A stretch of 64,000 bases of DNA from Ranitomeya imitator (taxonomy: Eukaryota): the NCBI RefSeq assembly GCF_032444005.1, contig NC_091282.1:55552001-55616000 (forward strand), read 5' to 3'. How positions within the stretch are numbered: position 1 is the stretch's first letter; each line of letters opens with the position of its first letter. A program made the position numbers and the translations under genes. This document shows positions 49,842 to 62,762 of the stretch, piece by piece. The notes under the pieces were generated by a model that was not told the DNA's origin, did not search any database, and saw only the letters and a program-made list of their open reading frames with translations.

Positions 49842-50005
49842 GTGAGTCGCTTCATCCTTTTCAAAAATGATCTGGGCCTGGGGAGAAGAGTCTGTTACCC
49901 AGACATCTCCCTGCCCTGCTGGTCTTCACTGATACTCCACTTTAGGCCTCATTCAGACATACCATTTTTTTTTAGTGTAAGAGAAAATATCAAAATACAC
50001 AGCAA

Positions 50006-50530
50006 GGCCGGTTTCACACGTCAGTGGCTCCGGTACGTGAGGTGACAGTTTCCTCACGTACCGCCGGAGACACTGACTCACGTAGACACATTGAAATCAA
50101 TGTGTCTCTGCACATGTCAGCGTGTTTTCACGGACCGTGTGTCCGTTTGGAAAACACGTCAGTGTTCGTGGGAGCGCACGGATTACACGGACCCATTAAA
50201 GTCAATGGGTCCGTGTAAAACACGTACCGCACACGGACGCTGTCCGTGTGCAGTCCGTGTGCCATGCAGGAGACAGCGCTACAGTAAGCGCTGTCCCCCC
50301 CACGTGGTGCTGAAGCCGCCATTCATATCTTCTCTCCATCCTTTTTTTTGGTGGGGGTTCGTGTTTTAAATAAAGATCCCTGTCCCCACCCCCCTCTCAC
50401 CCCCTGTGCGCCCGCCCGCTGGTAATAAAATACTCACCCGGCTCCCTCGCAGCGTCCTGTCCTCGACGCACCTTCTCATGTATGAGTGGTCACGTAGTGC
50501 CGCCCATTACAGTCATGAATATGCGGCTCC
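50006..50530 (+). mobile_element. Non-autonomous Harbinger-like element, left part; a further MITE remnant lies at about 50655-51044
   Basis: Near-identical to 15363-15763. Confidence 0.75.
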
Positions 50531-51556
50531 ACCTGCTTGAGATCACTGGAGATTACTGTGTATTTGGACTAGACCAGGGCAGCTCCATGTGATAGTGTGG
50601 ATCCTGCTGTCCAAGGACGCCAAAGGGTGAGCTGAACATTTTTTTTCTTCATAAGAGAAAATATGGGATCGATTTATCTGATCAGAGTTTGATCAGAGTG
50701 TCTTACGAGTGTCATCTGATTTTCAGTACGTGGAGAAATTTTAAAACAAAAAAAAAACAATTTCTCCATCTTCTCCATTCTCACAGTCCGTCCTTGAAAA
50801 TCGGACCGTACTCTGATGTAATCTGAGTGCAGTCCGATTTTTTTTTTTTTCACGGACTGATTGACTCGCATTACCAATTTTGATCCGACATCGAACATGT
50901 CTCTGACATTTTCCGTGGACAACTTGGCGCTAGGAAAAAAAATCGAACATTTAAATGGCACCATAGTCTATCATAGGTACTGTGCTATCCGTGAAAATCA
51001 TGGATAGCACTCCTGCGCAAAAAAACAGACATCTGGATGAGGCCTGAGAGAGTGATTGGTCAGACAGAAAAAAAGCCAGCAGATGCCACCCGGCGGACTT
51101 TTCTCCTTCTGCTCGGATTCTTCCTCTCCTGCATTGCTCGTTATTAATCCACAACCATTTTAGAATAAAACATTGCATTCGGTATCAAGGGAGTGTTTAT
51201 GAACGTCTTGCAACTGGTGGTTCGAAAACTGTCAGGTTCCCTTTAAATGTGACTCCCAGATACGAGAATAAATAAAATCAAATGTCAGTCCCATGTCAAT
51301 GGGGGGGGAATAATTGTATAGTTAATTATTTTGTGTTGCAAGAGAGGAATAAACATAAATCAATGAGTCCAGCTAGTAATTGACGTCTTCTATTGATACA
51401 ACACTTCAACTGGAGGTGAATACCTGTTTATATACAGTATAAAGCTAATATAAGAATATTACATTGATCACCAAAAAACAGAAATTCAGCTAATAACTAA
51501 CTGTTAACAATATAAATTACTATATTTTTACAACTCTCCGTTGTATGGTCTGACAG

Positions 51557-51676
51557 GCGGACTCCAGAGCAAATGTCTGTGCATCCACACCGGTTACGCC
51601 CAAGCTTTGACTTCAACCAACAAGTACAAATGTCTCAACCTCTGGGTCCCAGGTACTTGGCCGAAGGTACAGACTG
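51557..51676 (+). CDS. RNF165: RNF165/ARK2C coding exon (exon 3), 120 bp, phase 2 to 2
   Basis: tgacAG|G CGG ACT...GAC TG|GTAAGT. Peptide RTPEQMSVHPHRLRPSFDFNQQVQMSQPLGPRYLAEGTDW, in frame with the previous exon. Confidence 0.92.
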
Positions 51677-53582
51677 GTAAGTGTCCATTCCCATTGTGTC
51701 ACACTAATCACGTAGGAAATGAGAAAGGTGAAACTGATGTTAAGCAGAGGTTTTAGAGTGTTAGAGGTTTTTGTAGTTTAGAAAATATTTTCTAGACTCC
51801 CTAATGGGCTGATGGGGTAATCGAAGTGAACGAGGGGAGTCCATCATTCAGGACCTCTATGAATGAGGTGAGCTGCCGCAGAGAGGGTCTCTATTTAACC
51901 TAAAATTTCTGGGCATTACATCATTAACATGCAGGGAAATTGAAATCGTGCTTACAATTTCCCTAGCAGATCACAGTTCTATCAATATAGAAGTAAAATC
52001 ACTGCTGTCTTGTTACCTTAAATAACATTTGTCCTAGAATGTCAGGTGTGAGTATGTACAGAATGACGTTCTACTGCTGTAAGATGGAGATACCTATATC
52101 ATGTATTGTCACTCAAAATGACAGGGTGAACAGCAGTCTGAGCAGTCTCTTCTTACCTCAGCACCCCTGGTATTTCCAGTACTACTTCAGAAAGACAGAG
52201 TGGTATCTCCAGTAGAGGATCAGATAGACATAGTGGACAGCAGTCTGAGCAGCCTCTTCTTACTTCAGCACTTCTGGTATCTCCAGTAATACTTCAGAAA
52301 GAGAGGGTGTACAGCAGTGTGAGCAGCCTCTTCTTACTTCAACACTTCTGGTATCTCCAGTAATACTTCAGAAAGACAGGGTGGACAGCAGTCTGAGCAG
52401 CCTCTTCTTACTTCAGCACTTCTGGTAAATTCAGTAATACTTCAGAAAGACAGGGTGGACAGCAGTCTGAGCAGCCTCTTCTTACTTCAACACTTCTGGT
52501 ATCTCCAGTAATACTTCAGAAAGAGAGGGTGTACAGCAGTGTGAGCAGCCTCTTCTTACTTCAACACTTCTGGTATCTCCAGTAATACTTCAGAAAGAGA
52601 GGGTGTACAGCAGTGTGAGCAGCCTCTTCTTACTTCAACACTTCTGGTATCTCCAGTAATACTTCAGAAAGACAGGGTGGACAGCAGTGTGAGCAGCCTC
52701 TTCTTACTTCAAATCTTCTGGTATCTCCAGTAATACTTCAGAAAGAGAGGGTGTACAGCAGTGTGAGCAGCCTCTTCTTACTTCAACACTTCTGGTATCT
52801 CCAGTAATACTTCAGAAAGACAGGGTGGACAGCAGTCTGAGCAGCATCTTCTTACTTCAGCACTTCTGGTAAATTCAGTAATACTTCAGAAAGACAGGGT
52901 GGACAGCAGTCTGAGCAGCCTCTTCTTACTTCAACACTTCTGGTAAATTCAGTAATACTTCAGAAAGAGAGGGAGTACAGCAGTGTGAGCAACCTCTTCT
53001 TACTTCAACACTTCTGGTATCTCCAGTAATACTTCAGAAAGACAGGGTGGACAGCAGTGTGAGCAGCCTCTTACGTCAGCACATATAGTAACCAGTATTA
53101 GATCAAAAACACAGCACAGACAGCAGTGTTAGCAGCCTTTTCTTACTTCAGCAATCCTTGAATTTCAAGCATTAGATAAAAAAACAGGATGAAGAGTAGT
53201 GTAAGCAGCCTCTTCTTACCTCAGCACTCTTGTATTTCAATCTTTAGATCAAAAAGACAGGGTAGACAGTAGTGCGAGCAGTGTCTTCTTACCTCAGCAT
53301 CCCTGGCATCTCTAGTATTAGATCATACAGGGTGTATAGCAGTGTGAGCGGCCTCTTCTTACCCCAGCACCCCTGGTATCCGCAATATTAGATTATATAT
53401 TGTGGACAGCAGTGTGAACAGCCTCTATCACCTCAGCACATCTGTTATCTTCAATAATAGAGCATTCATGGTGGATAATATTGTGAGCAGCCTCTTCTTA
53501 CCTCAGCACTCCTGTATCTTCAGAATTGCATCAGATAGACAGGGGGGACATCTGTGTGAACATAATCTTATTAACCCAGCAC

Positions 53583-53882
53583 TAGTGATGAGCGACTATG
53601 CTCGTTACTCGGGTTTCTCTGAGCATGCTCTGGTGATCTCCGAGTATTTCGGCGTGCTCAGAGATTTAGTTTATGCCGATGCAGCTGCATGATTTGCAGC
53701 TGCTAGACAGCTTGAATGCATGTGGGGATTGTCTGTTTGTTAAGCAACCCCCATATGTATTCAAGCTGTCTAGCAGCCGCAAATCATGCAGCTGTGTCAA
53801 CATAAACTAAATCTCCGAGCACGCCAAAATATTTAGAGACCACCGGAGTAACCCGAGTAACGAGCACACTTGTTCATCACTA
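53583..53882. mobile_element. TAGTGATGAGCGA-type MITE inside the 74-bp satellite
   Basis: Same ends and body as 26778-27076. Confidence 0.8.
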
Positions 53883-54109
53883 CTCAGCACCTCTGGTATC
53901 TCCAATATTAAAACAGAAAGACAGAAAGGACAGCAGTGTGAGCATCTTCCTTTTACCCTGGCACCCTTGTTATCTCCAGAATTAGATCAGCTAAACAGGG
54001 TGTACAGCCACGTGAGCAGTCTCTATTTATCTCAGCATTCCTTGTATATCCAGCATTAGATCAGATATATACTGTATGGTAGACAGCAGAGTGAGTGGCC
54101 TCTTCTAAA

Positions 54110-54823
54110 GGTACCTTCACACTCAGCGACGCTGCAGAGATACTGACAACGATGTCGATCGCTGTAGCGTCGCTGTTTGGTCGCTGGAGAGTTGTCACAC
54201 AGACAGCTCTCCAGCGACCAACGATGCCGAAGTCCCCTGGTAACCAGGGTAAACATCGGGTTACTAAGCGCAGGGCCGCGCTTAGTAACCCGATGTTTAC
54301 CCTGGTTACCATCGTAAAAGTAAAAAAAACAAACACTACATACTTACCTTCCGCTGTCTATCCCCGGCGCTGTGCTTTCCTGCACTGACTGTGAGCACAG
54401 CGGCCGGAAAGCAGAGCGGTGACGTCACCGCTGTACTTTACGGCTGGCCGTCGCTCACAGCCAGTGCAGAGAAGCACAGCGCCGGGGACAGACAGTGGAA
54501 GGTAAGTATGTAGTGTTTATTTTTTTTAACTTTTACGCTGGTAACCAGGGTAAACATCGGGTTACTAAGCGCGGCCCTGCGCTTAGTAACCCGATGTTTA
54601 CCCTGGTTACCAGTGAAGACATCGCTGAATCGGCGTCACACACGCCGATTCAGCGATGTCTGCAGGGAGTCCAGCGACGAAACAAAGTGCTGGACTTTCT
54701 GCAGTGACCAACGACATCACAGCAGGATCCTGATCGCTGCTGCGTGTCAAACTGAACGATATCGCTAGCCAGGACGCTGCAACGTCACGGATCGCTAGCG
54801 ATATCGTTCAGTGTGACGGTACC
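54110..54823. mobile_element. Palindromic MITE with two internal 72-bp hairpins
   Basis: GGTACCTTCACACT...GTGTGACGGTACC ends. Hairpins at 54239-54310 and 54540-54611. Confidence 0.85.
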
Positions 54824-54948
54824 TTTACTTGAACACTCCTGGTATCTCCAGTATTAAATCAGATAGATATGGTGGACAGCAGTGTTATCAACCTCTTCTT
54901 ACCTCAGCACTCCTGGTATCTCCAGTATTAGGTCAGATAGACAAGATA

Positions 54949-55256
54949 GGCTACGTTCACATTTGCGTTGTTGGGCACAGCGTCGTCGACGCAACCAACA
55001 ACGTAAAACACAACGCTGTGTTTTTTTACGCATGCGTTGCCATAAACTAGAAATGTTCTTGAATTTTGGCGCAGGGAAAACGCTACAAGTAGTGTCTTCC
55101 GCGCCCTGTCTGGTGCGTCAAATTGACGCATGCGTCGTAAAACGTAATACAACGCATACCGGCGCATGTCCATGCGCCCCCCCCATGTTAAAGATAGGGG
55201 CGCATGACGCATGCGTTGGTATGCAACGATAACGCTGCGCAAATGTGAACGTAGCC
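54949..55256. mobile_element. Harbinger-like MITE
   Basis: GGCTACGTTCACATTTGCG...CGCAAATGTGAACGTAGCC with 3-bp ATA on both flanks. Confidence 0.85.
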
Positions 55257-58200
55257 ATAGCAGTGGCACTTAGCACAACTCCAGTGTTAGATCGGAAACT
55301 TGAAGAGATCAGGGCTTACTACATTTGTAATCCTGTCGCCTACTGATATTGAAAGAAACTTTCACTATGGCTAAGAGTTGCTACATGACAGAAATGCATC
55401 AGAAGTTACTGTATCTATGCAGTATATGCAATAAAATGATATGCTGTTTTTTAAATCAAGATGGAAAAAAATGTAATTTTATTTATACAAGGAATCAGGA
55501 TGTGCAGTTTTCTGTACCTTTTTTATTATATCAAAAAGACAGTGTGGACAGCAGTGTGGGCAGCCTCTTCTTACTGCATCACCCCTGGTATCTCCAGTAT
55601 TAGATCAGATAGACAGTGTGGACAGCAGTGTGAGCGGCCTCTTCTTACCTCAGCACTCCTGATATCTCCAGTATTAGATCAGATAGACAGGGTGGACAGC
55701 AGTGTGAGCAGCCTCTTCTTACCTCAGCACTCCTGATATCTCCAGTATTAGATCAGATAGACAGTGTGGATAGCAGTGTGAGCAGCCTCTCCTTACCTCA
55801 GCACCCCTGATATCTCCAGTATTAGATCAGATAGACACTGTGGACAGCAGTGTGAGCAGCCTCTTCTTACCTCAGCACTCCTGATATCTCCAGTGTTAGA
55901 TCAGATAGACAGTGTGGACAGCAGTGTGGGCAGCCTCTTCTTACCTCAGCACTCCTGATATCTCCAGTAATAGATCAGATAGACAGTGTGGATAGCAGTG
56001 TGAGCGGCCTTTTCTTACCTCAGCACGCCTGATATCTCCAATATTAAATGATACATGGTGGACAGCAGTGGGATCAACCGCTTCTTATTTCAGAACTCAT
56101 GGTATCTCCAGTAATACAGTAACTCAGACAGACATGGTGAACAACAATGTGAGCTGTCTCTTCTTACCCTAGCACCCATGGTTTTCTCCTGTATTAGATT
56201 ATACAGGGTGGATAACAATGTGAAAAGCCTATGTTTAACTCAGAATTCCTGCTATCTCCAGTAATAAATCAGACCGATATGGTGGACCGCAGTGACAGCA
56301 ACCTCTTCTTACCTCAGTATTCGTAATATTCTTCAAAATTAGATCATATAGACAAGGTAGACAGGAGAGTGAACAGGCACTTCTTACTTCACAGCCTTGG
56401 TACTCCAGTGTTAAATAAGAGAGAAAGGGTGGACAGCAATGTGAGCAGGTTCTTCTTACCTTTTCACCACTGGTATTTTGGGAAATAGATAAAATAAACA
56501 GGATGGATGCAAGTGTGAGCCGCATTTTTATTCCTCAGCACCTCAAGTAGCTACAGTATTAGATCAGATAGACAGGGTGGAGAGCAGAGTGTGTGGCTTT
56601 TTTTATTTGAACACTCCTGTTATCTCCAGTATTAAATTAGATAGACATGGTCGATAGCAGTGTTAGCAGCCTCTTCTTACCCCAGCACATCTGGCATCTC
56701 CAGTTTTAGATCAGATATACAAGGTGGACAGCAATGTGAACAGCCTCTTCTTTCCTCAGGACAACTGGTATCTATAGCATTAGATAAGATGGACAGGGAA
56801 GACAGCCTTGTGAGCAGCTTTTTTTTTTTTACCTCCCTCGGTATGTCCATTATTAGATCAAATAGACAGGGTGGACAACAGTATGAGCAGCCTCTAGTTA
56901 CCTTAGCACCCCTGGTGTCTCTAGTATTAGATTAGATAGACATGGTGGACAGCAGTGTGAGCAGCCTCTTCTCTCCTCAGCACTCCTGGTGTCTCTAGTA
57001 TTAGATCAGATAGACAGGGTGGACAGCAGTGTGAGAAGCCTCTTCTTACCTTAGCACTCCTGGCATCTGCAGTATTAGATCAGACAGACAGGTTGGACAG
57101 CAGTGTGAGCAGCCTCTTCTTACCTCAGCACTCCTGGCATCTGCAGTATTAGATCAGATAGACAGGGTGGACAGCAGTGTGAGCAGCCTCTTCTTAACTC
57201 AGCACTCCTGGCATCTGCAGTATTAGATCAGACAGACAGGGTGGACAGCAGTGTGAGCAGCCTCTTCTTACCTCAGCACTCCTGGCATCTGCAGTATTAG
57301 ATCAGATAGATAGGGTGGACAGCAGTGTGAGCAGCCTCTTCTTACCTCCACACTCCTGATATCTCCAGTATTATATCAGATAGACAGGGTGGACAGCAGT
57401 GTGAGCAGCCTCTTCTTACCTCCGCACTCCTGATATCTCCAGTATTAGATCAGATAGACAGATTGGACAGCAGTGTGAGCAGCCTCTTCTTACCTCCGCA
57501 CTCCTGATATCTCCAGTATTAGATCAGATAGACACTGTGGACAGCAGTGTGAGCAGCCTCTTCTTACCTCAGCACCCCTGGTATCTGCATTGTTAGGTTA
57601 GTATAAGGATAACACTTAACCTTGACTACTTTGCATAAGGCATTATTTTATGAATGTGTAACTACAGAGGTTGCAACTGCACCCAGGCCCTGGAACCTAA
57701 GGACCCCAAAAGGGAGGCCCTGTTGGAGATTTAGCATTGGGGCCTGTGAGTTTCAAATTACACCACTGGTATAACCCCTATCAAAAATTTTTGTTTAGAC
57801 ATTGTTGCCATAAAATAGATTTCATCAACTGCATCAAATTAGTCCAAACAGATAATTTGGGTTATTGTGCCAGACTCAGGTGAGTTCAGTTACACAGAAG
57901 ACTCCAGTCTTTCCGATTGCATTCATCATCAGGGGATCAGGTGCCGTCTGATGGTCACTTCAAGAAAAATCTGTTGTCTTGTTATGTACGGTGCATGGTT
58001 TTCATCACTAATTGTCTGCGCAGTCGCATATTGTCTGAAGAACACAAACATTCGGGGAAAGGTTGTGGGGTCTTTGTAAGGTAAATGTAGCGATGCGAAC
58101 TCCTGTGTGATCTGAGGCTACTGGTATGAAACAGATGGAGCTTATGCTTCGGAGATGATTTACTGGCACCAGCTGTTCCCTCTTCCCTTCACTGTATGCT

Positions 58201-59236
58201 GTAGTAATAGTGCCATGGCATTTTTTTAACAATCAACTTTCCAGAACATTGAGTGATATGAACTCTATACATATTTTGGAGGAAAGCATTTACAGATTCC
58301 TGGTGAAATGTCAAACAATGGGGCTGGGCTGGCAAATGTCGGTCTACGACACAAGAGCAAGGAAGAAGCCCCCATATTTTCAGCAATGTACCACCATTAT
58401 TTGATCTGATCTAAGGACAAAAATTTTTTCTTCATGATTTTAAAGTGGGATTTCAGAATGCAAATAAGAGGCTTGTGATATAACAGCCCTGGAGGTCTAG
58501 AGTTGCTTAGTCTTGGCTAGGCTAGGTAGGCTAGACTAGACTAGTCTCCAGTAATCTGGGATAGAAAAGGTAGAATATTGATATACATGATCTCCAGTGG
58601 CCTAGGATGACTTTGGGATAATGTTTAATATCCCTGGAGGTCCAAAGTGGATAGGTGATTAAAGAGATTTCCCCCCCCCCCCAAAAAAAAAAAAAAAAAA
58701 ACCAAAAAAAAAAACAAGTCATCCCCTATTCATGGGATCGAGGAAAACTTGCTGATTACCAAGGGTGCAACTATTTGGACTCTTGGTGGTCAGGGCTCTT
58801 TCCAGCCTTCTCCAAAAATCCCATTGACAAAGATTGCAGTGGATGTGCACCTCAGCTCAAATTGTCCTCTACTTTGTGGATAGGGGGTCATTTTCTTTTT
58901 TTGGGAACAACCATTTAATACTTAGTAACTTTAGTGATCTAGGATGTAAAGGAGTAAATACTGGTATATACAGTATTATCTCCGGTGGTCTAGAGTGGTT
59001 GTGAATTAATATTAAATTATCCCTTGAGGTCTACAGAAGCTTGGTGGTTAATATCTATTATCTCTAGTGGTCAAGGGTATAACGTAGTAAATATGTCTAT
59101 ACATTATCCATTGTGATTTGGTATGGTTAAGGGTTAATATATAGTCTAGGGAGATTGTTAGATGATTTAGTGTTTTAATACTTTTTCTACAAAACTGCTG
59201 ATGGATTAATTTTATGCATTTTTTCCCCATTTCCAG

Positions 59237-59366
59237 GGATCTCAGCGTGGATGCCGGTCTGACACATCCTCAGTTCCAAGTGAGACCTGTCCCTCAGCAC
59301 TATCCACACTACTTAACGAGTCCTCGTCTACACCACTTTCCCAGGACCACATCTCTTACACAAATG
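59237..59366 (+). CDS. RNF165: RNF165/ARK2C coding exon (exon 4), 130 bp, phase 2 to 0
   Basis: ccccatttccAG|G GAT CTC...CAA ATG|GTGAGG. Peptide DLSVDAGLTHPQFQVRPVPQHYPHYLTSPRLHHFPRTTSLTQM. Confidence 0.93.
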
Positions 59367-61973
59367 GTGAGGAGACTTCTAGTTGGCTTTTGCTTGTGTC
59401 TTGAAATCCGTCTGTTGTGTCTTCGCTTGCTTAGGCCTAGGAGGTTAGCTTTTTTTGTAGATCTTCGCTTGCTTAGGCCATTGCTTTCTAAGAGGTTAGC
59501 TTTTTTTGTAGAGTTGTGAGTCCTAATATATCTTCTGATTCCCATTTTATGTTTGCTATTGTCCTTTTCGTGTCTAAAGCGAATCTCAACATATCACGGC
59601 AATCAGGCATGTTGTCAAAGTGCGATCTCCGATGGTCCAGCCATTGGGATCTCCATCAATCCCAACAAGTAGAGGCCACATGTGTATAGTTCCTCGCCAT
59701 TAAATGAGTTATTGTGACCACGCACATTAGTTGAATATCGGACAAAGCAGCCAATTTTAGTGAGCCTGTCTATCTAATGTCTACACTGGTTTTCAAAGAA
59801 GGATGGAGCATGTTGAATTTCGATATGCCTGCTCCTTTGTTCTGAAAGGAGGTGACTGGCAGTGCTCTCTTTTTTTGGATCACTTGCATGATTAGCTTAG
59901 CCAAGATAAGGGTAGACATTTTATGAATGTTGGACAAAATACTTTAATTTTGGTGGGACTGGCCAACCATCTAATATGTGTGCTGGGGTTGCCAAGGAAA
60001 GATTGGGCATGCTGAATATGAATAAGCTTTCTCATTTGTTCTGAAGATAAGCATCCAGCAGAGTTCCCTGAAAGAGGCTCACTTTATTGAGAACACAGGG
60101 TACGTTATACAATTGATGGATGCAGACAAAACTCCTAATTTCACTGGGGATGGCCAATATCTAATGTGGACATTGATTTCCCAACTCTCATATGATGTCA
60201 GATGTCCAGGAAAAGAGTCGGACATGTTGAATTTCAATATGCCCAATCCTTTCTTCTCCTCTAACGTTATCTGGCTTTGAACTGTTTACTGAGACTACCT
60301 TTATACTTGAGTCCATGTGTAGACGAGGGTCAGGAGGACGACATCTATCTAAAGTGTGAGGCCAATGGACAGGTAATCTGTGGTCACAATCAGCCCCTCT
60401 TCCCCCAGATTGTTTCTACGGTCATGTTACTCTCTGAAAGCTAATGTAATCCATAGCTTTACTGATACAATCTCTTGCTCCATGATTGAAAAATCAATGT
60501 ATTAATTTATATGGAAAGAAAGTTTAAGTGCTCTGGGTGGGCCAAAGCACTTCTCTTGTCTGTCTCCTCATTTCTAATATCCACCCAGCCTCACCCATCC
60601 TTTACTTGACTGACAGCTCAAAGACTGTGTAGTCAAGCCAACGAGTTGTCAGTCAAGTAGAAGAAGGTGGGGCTGGGCGTGGAATTGCTTGGAAAGTTCT
60701 TTGACACGCCCAGAGCACTTAAGCCTCATTTGCATTTGAATTAAAACTGAGATCTTTTTATTCTTTGAGCAACAAGTCTTTTAGACAAGGATCAATCTCG
60801 AAAGACAGGTGGAATTTATTGTAACTGACTGAGGCTCTATTCCTATATTTCGCATATCTTATTTTAATGGGCTGATCCAATATACATCCAGTTTGCAGAT
60901 CTCGGCGAGATCCAGACTGGTTGAGGCCATTCTTTAATCCCGGGGTTTGATGTTTAGAAATGTTTGCTTATATGCATTTGTGTATTTAGTTTTCCATATG
61001 TCCTAACAGAACGTAAGAAATTAAGAGGATATTGGGTGAAAAACATTTCTCTGTGTGTTTCTTCCCTACATGGCTTTTTAATTGGACATTTTTTGTAAAT
61101 CCTTGCTCGGACATTCTCAGGATATATGTGTTATAAATAGCATTTTACCTTTTATACCCTATTTTGTTATTATAATTATATGGTGGTTTACAATAATCAA
61201 TAAATAATGAAAAGAAATGTAATAAATGCACCAATACTAACTAAACAGCCCCCCCCCCGGGATCCGCAAAATAATCAGGCATCCACATTAGTTAGGAATC
61301 TGTCCTCTCTCCTGATGGAGATAACAATTCTAGAACAACTTTTCTTTGTCTTCCCTTTTTTGTTTCTTCTAGAAAAGCATAAAAAACATTGACAACTGGT
61401 TGTTACCTTGTCAGCAGTACAACTCCCTTAACGCCCTGTCCAGTCCATTACTCCTGATGAAGTTAACAAAACTCACAGTATCTGAAACCCCCTGACCCCC
61501 AACCCCATAGACAGCTACATCTATTTTTTTGTGAGATTTATTTCCATTATTTTTTTAAATACGACAGTGTATGATGGCATATATTGGATATACTGTATTT
61601 AGTAGTGTGTCCTGTGCCATGAAACCCGTATATTTAGTTACTTTTTAACTCGACCCAGTTGCGTATTTGGCGCATCCTCACATGAGCGGGTAGTCTACAG
61701 GGAATGGGGTGGAAGCGAGACCTTTCTTTATCTGCTGTGCCCTCCCATCTCTTTCTGAGCTTGATTTCTTGTGCTTTCTCTTTGAATTGTAAGACATTTC
61801 TGCAGAAAATAATGCATTGCACATTTTAGATCTTGTGGACCTTGTGCCTTCCATGTCTTTTTGGTCCATTGTCTAATAATAACTGGCAGCGTTAAGGTCC
61901 ATTCACACAGACGACTCGGCAGCATAATATGATGGTGATAGGTAAATTTTTAACTAATAGTGGACATTTGACT

Positions 61974-62423
61974 ACCTGTTAACACAGGAGACCAAAGCAA
62001 TGGATGAGCTCTGAGTGATCGATATTACATATAGATTTGACTGCCTGTTTACACAGGAGACCAAAGCAATGGATGTGCCCTAAGTGATCGATATTGCATA
62101 TAGATTTGACTGCCTGTTTAAACAGGAGACTAAAGCAATGGATGTGCTCTGAGTGATCGATATTAGATATAGATTTCACTGCCTGTTTAAACAGGAGACC
62201 AAAGCAATGGATGTGCTCTGAGTGATCGATATTAGATATAGACTTGAATGCCTGTTTAAACAGGAGACCAAAGCAATTGATGAGCTCTGAGTGATCGATA
62301 TTAGATATAGATTTGACTGCCTGTTTAAACAGGAGACCAAAGCAATCGATGTGCTCTGAGTGATCGATATTAGATATAGATTTGACTGCCTGTTTAAACA
62401 GGAGACCAAAGCAATCGATGCGC
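61974..62423. repeat. 69-bp minisatellite, about 6.5 units, inside a MITE starting at 61896
   Basis: TTAAACAGGAGACCAAAGCAATGGATGTGCTCTGAGTGATCGATATTAGATATAGATTTGACTGCCTGT; gives the 23-aa period in ORF 61979-62485. Confidence 0.9.
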
Positions 62424-62762
62424 ACTGAGCTAACTATGGTTGATGGCTCAATGCACATAGGCTGCCATGGTTCTTCACTGAGCAAGTCTTGTTTACACAG
62501 GACGATGCAGCGTCAAGAACCATGATCTCTGCACAAAAGATAATTTCACCTGATGAACCAGTGTTTTGCTCGTTCTTTGGGTGATGGTCAACCTGTTCAC
62601 ACTGCAAGATAATCGTGATATGAGCGGTTTTAACAATAGTACTTGTGTGTAGGGGTTGGAGGGAGTAGCTGTCTGAAGTATTGAATGTGTTTGCACATGG
62701 GGGGGTCACAAGAAAAAAATGCTGCTGGACAAATTCTGTCTTTTTTTGCATTTACAAACAAA

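Larger units (their letters stand above)
52121..57588. repeat. 74-bp minisatellite (about 5.5 kb) in RNF165 intron 3, interrupted by MITEs
   Basis: Period of 74 measured at 52306/52380/52454 and 56944/57018. Right-hand consensus GGTGGACAGCAGTGTGAGCAGCCTCTTCTTACCTCAGCACTCCTGGTATCTCCAGTATTAGATCAGATAGACAG. Confidence 0.95.

Noticed and set aside
59367-59519. Extension of the exon 4 ORF (VRRLLVGF...)
   Set aside because: It reads through the GT donor into intron; RNF165 similarity stops at TQM.
35827-61460. Other CTGATGA words (35827, 38429, 61454) as hammerheads or C/D box RNAs
   Set aside because: No compatible stem II, GAAA, NUH and stem I arrangement, or terminal stem with a C box, could be built.
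21500-62423. Regular repeat arrays as CRISPR-like loci
   Set aside because: Units are head-to-tail with no unique spacers, there are no cas genes, and the context is eukaryotic.
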